NCBI GenBank assembly: GCA_963693365.1
Contig: CAVNZM010000009.1
Location: forward strand, 6,850,171 to 6,914,170
Length of the DNA: 64,000 nucleotides
Direction of reading: 5' to 3'
Source of the DNA: Amoebidium appalachense
Lineage: Eukaryota > Protista > Ichthyosporea
In this document: positions 1 through 10,850 of the stretch, one piece after another
How the letters are laid out: each line of letters starts with the position of its first letter
Numbering within the stretch: the first letter of the stretch is position 1
Program-made: the position numbers and the translations under genes
The notes under the pieces: model-generated
The model's input: only the letters and a program-made list of their open reading frames with translations
What the model was told of the DNA's origin: nothing
The model's database searches: none

Positions 1-223
1 CCCTCCCTCCCTCCTCCCTCGATCTCTCTTCCCTTACTCTTTCCACCATCACCCACTCTCCCTCTCCCTGTCCCTTCCCGTACTTTTATCCTTTCACGTG
101 TCCGTGTGTACACCACCAACACACCCACACCAACACACACACACACAGGGAGAGGGGCAAGAATCAGAATACACAATCATGACACAGTGACAGGATAAAG
201 CCTCACATTATCGTTTTGTGCAG

Positions 224-443
224 GGAGAAGAAAAAGGCGATATTCGGCGGCATTTTCATTATAGTTCTTGCCATCGCCACTGGGGTGAGCAACTACATTG
301 CGCTCGAAGAGTTGGAAGCAAGAAAGAGAACGGAGGAGGAAGAGAGAAAATTTGAGGAAAGAAACGGAAATGTGGATGGGAACGCTTTGCCAAACACGGG
401 CGACGCGCCGCCAGCGGGTAACACGGAGGGGAGGCAAGCGTGA
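224..443 (+). CDS. Probable terminal exon of an upstream membrane-protein gene
   Basis: TTTTGTGCAG acceptor ends at 223. The frame gives EKKKAIFGGIFIIVLAIATGV (hydrophobic helix), then a charged tail, and stops at TGA 441-443. Upstream exons would lie outside the window. Confidence 0.45.
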
Positions 444-472
444 GTTATTTGCAGACTAGAGTAGACTAGACT

Positions 473-508
<36 letters not shown>

Positions 509-835
509 GCAGCCCTGATAATGTAGTGATTTGATTTCTGTGCTGGGAATCCAAGTCAGATGTGCCCGTTGTGGTTGATGTTTTTTCTTTCTTTCTTTCT
601 TTCTTTCCTTTTTTATTTTTATTTTTAATTTAATTTAATTTTATTTTATTTTTTTGGGGCGGGGAGGGGGGGGGGAGGGGGGGTCCTGATGAAATAAGAA
701 AGAATACTGCTGCTTGCTGGTTTAATTAAATGGAAACGTAATGTTGGCTAATAAAGCCTGTCGCTGAATACACGGCTCCTGTTGTCAGGTTATGGCTATG
801 GTGATGGTGGAGCGAAGTTGTTTGATCAAGTTTTC

Positions 836-899
<64 letters not shown>

Positions 900-1264
900 A
901 CACGCACGCACACCACCATCACCACCACACCACCCACACCCGAAAAGAAGATAAGGAAAGAAAAAACCACAACCACCACACATGCACACACCCACACCCA
1001 CAAGCACACACACACTAAATCTTTCTCACAGGTTCTCACACAAGTATAAGATGTCATGCTGCAGACATACACAAAAACATTAATGCGAGGCGCACCCGAG
1101 TGAATACCGCACCAGGTGCGTACACTTGCACGGACACATGTAAAAACACACGTGTAATACTATCACACACATTATCATCGCGCGCGCACACACATCCACA
1201 CCCAAACAAATACAGTGTCACGCACACGCGTGCGTGCACACTTACACACACCTCACACACAGAC

Positions 1265-1323
<59 letters not shown>

Positions 1324-1791
1324 AGATACATACACGCACATACACACACACGCACATCAGACACACACACACACACACACACACAGCACACATACGCATA
1401 CACAAAACAGACACACACACACACACACTCAGTCACACACTGTGACACACACAAAATCCACAATAATATAATGTTCAATATAAAGTACACACGTACGAAA
1501 TTAATGTCATGCATGCATGCATACATGCACACATGTACAGTGAGTACAACAAGCGTTGATGATTTGAATTTACTGTTGTCGGACACCGAGAAAGGATTTG
1601 GTGTGATCATGAAGAGGAAGACGTGCGTATACATGCAGGAAGAGAGCTGGTTTGAAATGGCCTGTGTTCAAATTTTAGAGGCCCCAGCAATGGGTGGCCA
1701 TGGGATGGGGCGACGGTGGTGGTGCACGTGGTGGTGGTGATGGTGGTGGTGGTGGTGGTGGTGAGTGTGTGTGTGTGTGGGGGGGGAGGGG

Positions 1792-1895
<104 letters not shown>

Positions 1896-3158
1896 TCATG
1901 GCTACCGGTACCGGGGGTCTTGATATCGATACGTGAATGAAACTGCACTGTTTTGTGCTTAGTCCCTTCGGGGCCCCCTCTGCGTCCCCCCCCCCCCCCA
2001 TTACACATACACACACACACACACACACATACCCACCAACTCACCCACTCACTTCCGGCCCTTCACTCGCAAAAAAAAAGTTTCTCGGCTCCGAATCAAA
2101 TTGGGTAATACATACAAGTGACAGCCATGAAGATCGTGCCATGCCCTTCATGTGCGAGTGTACGAAGAAGTTCCATCTATGATATGGACTTTGCCAGCAT
2201 CTAATGATACACTTCATAATTATGCCGGTACAGTATGTGCTATAGCTATGTAGAAAGACCAGGATATTTTATGGTCGCCATCCACGCATGTGCACGACTT
2301 CACGCAAAGAACAGCTTATATATCAGAGGCTCAGAGCAAGGCACGCCACTTGTACACTTTCGTGACATTCCTTGAGAATCACAATTGAAACTTTAACCTA
2401 TTTGATTGGTTTTTGGGGTTGTAGATTGCAGGGGCAGTGGGGTTTTGACTGCGCAACTCGTTTTACCTTACACACAATCGTATTGTCAGAATTTCTAAAT
2501 CGTATTGGCGGGGTTTGTCTCGATCACGACTCGTATGGACCTCTTGTATTATCAAAATTGAAAACCCATTTCAGTTGATTCTACACTCCCTTAGCAATTA
2601 CACACCCTAAGAGATAAAACAGGGCATCATATTCCGCTCTGGAGAGCAAAAATAACGACCTGACCACCTTTTGCCGGGGAAAACACCCATTTTTGTATAA
2701 AAAAATATCAAAGTACACTATCGTGGCCTAATTCACTGCTACGAAAAATGAACACAGCACCCTACAGTGTTACTCGTTTTGACCCCCTGGGCTTAATCGT
2801 AAATACGACGATTTTGGGTCGTCATTCAACCCCTGGTAGATTGAGGGAAGTAATTGGTCCATCTGAGTCCAGCCTTGAATGCCAGATCTAGATCCAAAGC
2901 CGCTATGAGCAAATCAGATGCGACATCTTAATTGATTGGCTAAGATATCTCATTGACTTCGCCAATCGGATAACGCTATTATCGAATTCCTCGGTTTGTC
3001 TGGGATATAAAATGAAGTCAAATCGTTTCATTTTCTTCACCAGTACTCCAGTACGGTGATACAAACATAGATACACGTGCCAATAAACCTGATTATATCT
3101 CCACAAAATCACCCAACACACATCAAACCAGTCCATTTCCTTCCCAAACTTTATTAAA

Positions 3159-3815
3159 ATGAAGCCCGCCGTGTTCGCTGCCGTTACCGCCGTTGCCGCC
3201 GCCGCCGCCCCTGATGCGTGCATTTTCATGGACAGCGGCTGCAATGCCCCAGTCCCTATTGTCCCGGGCATAATTGCTTCTCCCTGCATGTCCGTCGAGC
3301 TCAACAAGTGCACCAAATCACCCGTTTCCATGCTCCCCTGGAGCTACAAAATCACCGCTGAGAACGGCAGCGTCAAGTTTGCTCGCTATGTTGACGGTGA
3401 GTGCACCAAAGCCGATGATGCCCAGTATACAGTCAGTGGGAAGTCCGGTGCCTGCCTGGGTCCCATTGCCGAGATGATGGGCATGAAGGCGTACGTGTCT
3501 ATCAAGTACGATGCACCCGCACCCAAACCAACCACCACCAGCGCTAAGGCCACCACCGCCACCACCACCACCACCACTGTTTCCACTGGCCCGATGACAA
3601 CCGCGGCCGTCACATCTTCGTCGGCTGTTGCCCCAGTTACCACCACAACCGTTGAGTCGCCAGTTATCCCGACACCCGAAATCACAGCAACGTATGTGGA
3701 TACGATTATCCCCGTGAAGATGGATGAGCAGCCCAAAAACGTGAAGAACGCTGCGGGCGCGGTGGTTCCCGGCCTGGCTGCTCTGACGGCTGCGGTTATG
3801 GCTGCCCTGTTGTAA
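3159..3815 (+). CDS. Secreted Cys-rich, Thr/Ser-rich surface protein, probably GPI-anchored (218 aa, intronless)
   Basis: Signal peptide MKPAVFAAVTAVAAAA; globular region with 6 Cys; PKPTTTSAKATTATTTTTT mucin-like stalk; C-terminal NAAGAVVPGLAALTAAVMAALL resembles a GPI signal. GC-rich codon usage; upstream TATAAAA (~3007) and CCAAT. Confidence 0.85.
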   Translation: MKPAVFAAVTAVAAAAAPDACIFMDSGCNAPVPIVPGIIASPCMSVELNKCTKSPVSMLPWSYKITAENGSVKFARYVDGECTKADDAQYTVSGKSGACLGPIAEMMGMKAYVSIKYDAPAPKPTTTSAKATTATTTTTTVSTGPMTTAAVTSSSAVAPVTTTTVESPVIPTPEITATYVDTIIPVKMDEQPKNVKNAAGAVVPGLAALTAAVMAALL

Positions 3816-4872
3816 CTTGCCGGTCGACGTCGTTCGAGCTACTGCAGGCTGGGAGGAGTTACTGCGCTGTTGGCGTCTTTTAAACTAGTTTAGCCTAAAG
3901 TTTTTCGTTTGTGCATACACATACGCGAACATGGTTATGTTAAGTTTCGGTTGATTATAAGTTTTCAGGCAATTCATATAAACTGGTTCTATAGTATATG
4001 AGTCGAGATATATAAAGTTGGGCCCGTGCCTGGGCCTATCATTGGAGGCCATCAAAATACATTCTTTTGTGTTAAGAACGGCACTACTGTGAATATCATA
4101 AGTTAATAAAAGGATACTCCTTACTAACTGCGGCAACATATTTCCCTCGGACATTATTCAGCGACATATATAAGGCCTGGAAACTTTCTAGCCTGAATCA
4201 GAGGCTCAAACAAGCGTATGCCTCCAAGGTGCACACCCCCTCCGGATCCAACCCGCCCCCCTCTCCCCCCCCCCATCCCCCCCTCCACCCCCTCCTCCCC
4301 CCCCCCCCCCCCTAAACCCCATCTCTCCCCCTCCCCCCCACCGCGTATTAAACGTAGGGGCTCCCTATCGTAAAAACGATTTTTTGAATTTCCTTATATG
4401 GGCAATCCGATCGAACCGGATCGTAGTCACACGCCTGTATGTATCTATCTATCCCCTACCTATTTAGTATGATGTAATTATATGCCCACCAGCAGGCAAC
4501 CCATTCCTTCCCCTCCTGCCTGACCTCATAATGATTTGCCAACCGGTGCAGTGCTGGCCTTTATCCCCGTGTTCAACCCCGACATAGATTGGTTGGTATG
4601 CTAAAAGGCGGAGAAGTATCGGAGCTTTGTGTGTGTTTTTCTTTTCTTTCTTTTTGAATCTTATCCTTCCTTTCTTCTTCTTTTTCTATTTTCTTTTTTT
4701 TTTTTTGGGGGGGGGGGGGGAGAAGGGTTGTTCCTGTTGAGTGTGATATGCTGTAACGTTGGGACGGTGCACGTGCACGTGCCAACGTAAATCATGTGCA
4801 GATCAGTGTGTGCCGTGTAGGTGTACGTGTAGGTGTTTTGTGTGTTTTGTGTGTCTGTGTGGGTGTGTGTAT

Positions 4873-4954
<82 letters not shown>

Positions 4955-5149
4955 ACGCGTGTGCGAGTGCGTGACTTTGTGTGTGTGTGGTGTGTGTGTC
5001 CTCGCGCGCCCACAGGCACGTGTTGGTGTGTGGCCCTGAATTCCTATGTCACGTGTGCACTTTTCGGTAGAGATGGAGGTAAAGCTGTGGGGGGGGGAAA
5101 GAGGGGGATCGGTGTGTGTATGTGTGATCCCTTTCTCTCTCTCTCTCTC

Positions 5150-5320
<171 letters not shown>

Positions 5321-5530
5321 CTCTCTCTCTCTCTCTCTCTCTCTTGCTCTCCCTCTATCTCTCCTCCCCCCTCCCCCCTCTCTCTCTCCCTCTCGCTCTC
5401 GATCTCTCTCTCCCTCCCTCCCTTCTCCCCCCCCCCCCCCCCCCCCTCTCTCTCTCTCTCGCACGCTCTGACTCCCTCCTTCTTACACACCATTCAACAT
5501 ACACACACACACACATACACACGCACACCG

Positions 5531-5644
<114 letters not shown>

Positions 5645-6067
5645 AATGTGTGTGTGTGTGTATGTGTGTGTGTGTGTGCGTGTGTGTGTGTGTTTATGTG
5701 TGTGTGTGTGTGGTGTGTGTGTGTTGTGTGTGGTGTGTGTGTGTGCATGTGGTTGTGTGTCGCGTGTGTGTTTGTTTGCATGTGTATTGATCAGTATGTT
5801 TATGTGTTAAGAAGTGTATGTGACAGTGTGCCTAGGTGAATGTCCATGAAAGTGACTGTATACGTGCTCGATACAGCAGTGTGGTGTACCGACGTGTCTG
5901 TACAGTATGTGTTTGTTTGTTGATGTGCAACTTTGCGCCGATATTACTTTGTATGCTGCGTACCCATGTGAGTGTACAGTGAATGGTTGGAGGTTTTTCG
6001 AGACAGTATGTACATAGTTTACTTTGCTCGGAGGCTTGAGTTTAGATACTATTTTAAAGTTTTTTTT

Positions 6068-6109
<42 letters not shown>

Positions 6110-6198
6110 TGTGTGTGTCTGTGTGCGTTTGTACTGTGTGTGCGTGCGTGCGTGCGTACGCCGTGCGTGTGTGTGTGTGTTTGTGTGTTTGTGTGTTG

Positions 6199-6279
<81 letters not shown>

Positions 6280-6292
6280 CGTGCGTGTGTGC

Positions 6293-6335
<43 letters not shown>

Positions 6336-6563
6336 TGTGTGTTTTGTATGACAGTATGTGTGTGGGGAGCAAGGAAGAGGGTGGGGGGGGGACAAGGGCC
6401 GGGGGGGAGGGGGGGGGGAGGGGGGGGAGGGGGGAGGAGGGGGGAGGGGAAGGGGGCCGAGGGTTGGTTCTCAGCTGGGTCATCGAACATGTTACTTTAC
6501 TCAATAGTTACAATGATATTCTTGTTTGGTAATTACAAGGGAAAGAGTATGTATGCGTACGTA

Positions 6564-6766
<203 letters not shown>

Positions 6767-7922
6767 ACACACATAATTGTATGTATGTATGTATGTACGT
6801 ATGTACACACATACACACACACACACACACATCCAAAGGACGTCCGGAAATGAATGCATTTACAGGACGTCTGGAAATGAATGACCCATAACAAAGACAT
6901 TACAGCCGCGTGACAACAACTAACTACTCAATGAGGAAAAACAAATGTCCATTGAATAAATAACATGTGCGAGTTTGACTCCCACTGCTGAATAACGACA
7001 AAAAATACAACAACAAGTCGACCATGCAACGACCAGGGATAAAAACTTGAAGCGGCGACGAAAATAGACCGGAATGTTTGGAATGCATATGCATCTTCCG
7101 CCAATCAGGCCGTTTGTTTATCATTTAGATGATTGGCTGAAGAATCTACCAATCAGATCGTCAAACTTACCAGCTGTGTTTTTGTATTGGAATTCTTTTT
7201 TTTATATAATGACTTTATTGATATGCTCAGCAAAATAGAAGCCATCGAGATATCACCGAATTGGAATTCTGTTGAAAACTATTTATAAGCAAGCGTGAGA
7301 GGTTAAAAAAATGTTTATCTTAAAAATTACATTTTCAAAGCATTTCCTGGCTCAAGCCTTGCCAAGATGGCCTTCTGGTACATGTGGAACAGTCACGCAA
7401 GACTCAGCTGACCGCCGGCTCACATCTGATAAAAATCGGGACGCCTACCGCAACGTGTCTTTCTGTCAGTTTTCCGCTGCATTTCGCCTATAGCATCAGT
7501 ATAGCATCCGTATCATATCTATGAAACCTTGTTATTTTTTCTTTATTTTCTTTGCTTGAAAGCTAGGATTACCACAACGGTTACATTGGCTCACGGTCCG
7601 TGAGGCTATCATTTACTATTTGCGGCGCAGTGTTCTGATTGGATCGCTTATTTCACCAATCATATGTGGGTCAGGGCTTACTATTAACGTATAAAAACTG
7701 CTCGCTCAGTGGCAGCTAAGTCAGGACAAGATATCACGTGAACACGTTTTCCATGCACAGAGGCACAGTCTATTCATTAGTTTCTCAGCGCAGCTGACTG
7801 TTCAGGAATCAGTGAAACGCTATTCATATTTAGGGACGTTCGTCTATACCAGCTGTGCTATTGGTAATATCAAGTGCCAGCGTTTAATTTCGACTCTACG
7901 AGTAGGTTATCATTTTGTCATC

Positions 7923-9413
7923 ATGGCTTCTGACGTTGCCACCTTCACAACCATGACCCAAAACAATGGTCTTGACGAGAAAATTGACAAACAGCCGCAA
8001 CATGAAAACACTCACTTACCTGCAGCCGTAGACTCCCACCACCACCCCCATCACCACCACTTTCCCAACCACGAAGACACAGTAGCCGCGGCTGCGGAGG
8101 AGCCGACGATTCTAAACGACCCCATCCCTCACGGAAAATGGTACCATGTCGCGTTTCACGTAACAACTGTTATGGTTGGAACTGGGGTTTTGGGACTTCC
8201 ACGCGCAATGGCGCAACTAACATGGATTCCTGGCATTATTCTTCTCGTTCTTTCTTATGCCGCAAGCTATTTCACGGCTACTATTCTTTCGCGCATGCAC
8301 ATCACCAAGCCGGACGAGGAAGACCCTAAACCCATGCGCCTAAAAACGTATTTTGCTATCGGAACTTACGTACTCGGCAAGAGGCGTGCAAAATGGTGCA
8401 TTATCCCCTTCCAATACATCATTCTTGTCGGTACGAGCATCGCATATTTGATCGCTGCCGGGGAGAACATCAGCGCGCTCTACCAGGAACACTGCGCAAA
8501 CTGTGTTGCCGTGCATCAGTACGTCTGGACTACAATCGTTATGGTTGTGCAACTATTTCTGTGCTTCTTCCCGTCCCTAGAGAGTGTCTCTTTCATTTCC
8601 ATGTTGGCCGCAGGTTGCAGTATGTGCTACTGCATTATCTCTGTTACCTTGTGCTTCTACGTAGGCCAGCAGCCCGACGCCATATACGGGATGGGTGACA
8701 ACAACACAACCGAAAACGTGTTCAACTTTTTCACCGGAATTTCTACCATGGCGTTTGCCTTCGGCCCGCACATGATTATTCCCGAGATTCAAGCAACCCT
8801 TGCCCCCAACCCATGCCCCAAACGCGCCAACATTAAGGGAATCACGGTTACTTGGGCGTTCGTTTTGGTTCTGTATTTTTGCAGCGCGGTATCGGGATAT
8901 TGGGCGTTTGGTCAGAACGTGCAAGGAAATGTTCTTATGAGCATCGAGGCGATTGCCGGCGACAGCAAGGGTGTGTCTGCAGCATTGACCATCGCGCAAG
9001 TTTTGGTGGTTGTGCACGTTGTCATTGCGTTCCAAGTTTTATCCCAACCGGTTTACGCCGCAATGGAGAGACAGATGACACGACGGGTTTCAATGTTTGC
9101 CAACGCAAAGAGTAAGGCGCTGGCACGCACGCCGCTGCGGTTTACTTATATTCTTGTTACGTGGTTTGTGGCCATTGCCATTCCCTTCTTTGGTGACATT
9201 ATGTCACTTTTCGGAGCTCTTGGTATCACTCCCTTGACCTTCGTTATGCCGTGCGTTATGTATATGGTCTACATGAGGGGTGAGTTGGCTTTGGGAACTC
9301 AGGCTGTGTGCATGACTGTGGCGGCGGTAGGAGTGATTGTGGGCGTGGCTGGGTCAGTGGCTTCGGTGCGGCAAATTGTCGTCGACGCTGGGCAATACAA
9401 GTTGTTCGAATAA
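7923..9413 (+). CDS. Amino acid/auxin permease (AAAP) family transporter, LHT/ProT-like, intronless
   Basis: Motifs KWYHVAFHVTTVMVGTGVLGLP, AFAFGPHMIIPEIQATL, GYWAFG, AIPFFGDIMSLFGALG; about 11 hydrophobic segments. ATG at 7923 (the ORF track starts earlier at a GTG); TAA at 9411-9413. Confidence 0.93.
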   Translation: MASDVATFTTMTQNNGLDEKIDKQPQHENTHLPAAVDSHHHPHHHHFPNHEDTVAAAAEEPTILNDPIPHGKWYHVAFHVTTVMVGTGVLGLPRAMAQLTWIPGIILLVLSYAASYFTATILSRMHITKPDEEDPKPMRLKTYFAIGTYVLGKRRAKWCIIPFQYIILVGTSIAYLIAAGENISALYQEHCANCVAVHQYVWTTIVMVVQLFLCFFPSLESVSFISMLAAGCSMCYCIISVTLCFYVGQQPDAIYGMGDNNTTENVFNFFTGISTMAFAFGPHMIIPEIQATLAPNPCPKRANIKGITVTWAFVLVLYFCSAVSGYWAFGQNVQGNVLMSIEAIAGDSKGVSAALTIAQVLVVVHVVIAFQVLSQPVYAAMERQMTRRVSMFANAKSKALARTPLRFTYILVTWFVAIAIPFFGDIMSLFGALGITPLTFVMPCVMYMVYMRGELALGTQAVCMTVAAVGVIVGVAGSVASVRQIVVDAGQYKLFE

Positions 9414-9844
9414 TGTCTTTGTATATACCAGACATATTTTTAATATACAAATCAGTGCCCATGAACAGTTTATAAAGTTGTGCTGTTTGGGCTAGGTGTG
9501 TAAATGTAGGTCGGACTTTACTTTTTATCAACTAATTTCTATGACCAAGATATGTGCAGCTGTGTAAATGTACGCGGACCCAAAAGTGTCCGTTGTGTAA
9601 AGACTTCTATACTGGAAAAAATTGTTATTCAGGTGTGCTTTCATATGGAAGGGAACCACAACCGATCACAATAAACACCACCTGATGACATGCATTTCTG
9701 AATTTATTCAAAATGAACACTCAGGCAGGTCGAATTGAAGACCTTCTCCTCGTGTGTATATCACCCCTTACACTGCTTTGTTCATTCCTGCTGCCCTACC
9801 TCCTCTTTTATTTTGCTCGATTCAACTCTCCCCTACCTTCATGA

Positions 9845-9876
<32 letters not shown>

Positions 9877-10219
9877 CCCGTGCTCTCTTGGAATTACATG
9901 TGGCCAGCCTGCAACGACGGGATGAGGCTGCACAGCTCAGAAGGAAAAAAAACTATAAATATTTTTTTTTTTAAAGACACTTTTTCGTTTCGGCCTTCCC
10001 AAACGAATACCTCTCGCGATTAAATTGATGTAAAAGTAGATACCCCTCTCACACAGCCCTGGCTTGCCAAACATAGAAGAACACAAAAGAAGTTAAAAAT
10101 TTTACACGGACAGTATCACTTGCTCCTTGTATTCACATTTTCTTTCTTTGCTCCCCCCCTCCTCCCCCCCCCCCTCCCCCTACCCCTGGGCCTCTCCTCG
10201 TCACCCGGAAAAGTGGGGT

Positions 10220-10256
<37 letters not shown>

Positions 10257-10494
10257 AGGGGAGGTATACAGCACATAAACCATTGTAAGCATGTCACAGC
10301 AGATTTCAGATTGTCACTCTACTAAATATAGAGAGGCAGTAACCCCAATCATCATAAGGCGGCCTGACATTGCGCAAATCATGTGAGAACAAATAGGACT
10401 CGTCGAGCACCATGGCACACAATTATAACTCACCGCACAAACACACGAACACGCACACACACACACGCACACGCGCGGACATGCACATGTGTGT

Positions 10495-10689
10495 GGGGTT
10501 TACGCTGTTTACTCGAGGCAAAGAGAACCAGTCTCAGGTATGGGGGGGGGGGGTTTGCTCGGAATATCCCCTCAGCGGTATATCATGATCACGTACATAG
10601 ATGTCGGGTGGTGACTATATATCAGGGTTTACTTTCTCTACGAGACACCATAAAGACTACAAGGAGAAATCAATTAGTTGGGGTTCCCC

Positions 10690-10747
<58 letters not shown>

Positions 10748-10779
10748 GGGCTCCCCTCGGGACACTCGGTATCAGCTGG

Positions 10780-10850
<71 letters not shown>

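Noticed and set aside
1530-1720. Unique island between repeats as an exon
   Set aside because: No recognisable motif and no consistent splice pair.
10495-10780. Hammerhead ribozyme or telomerase-like template in the LINE 3' UTR
   Set aside because: CTGA motifs are not followed by the NGA core and no three-stem fold was found by eye; TAAACCC is not tandem.
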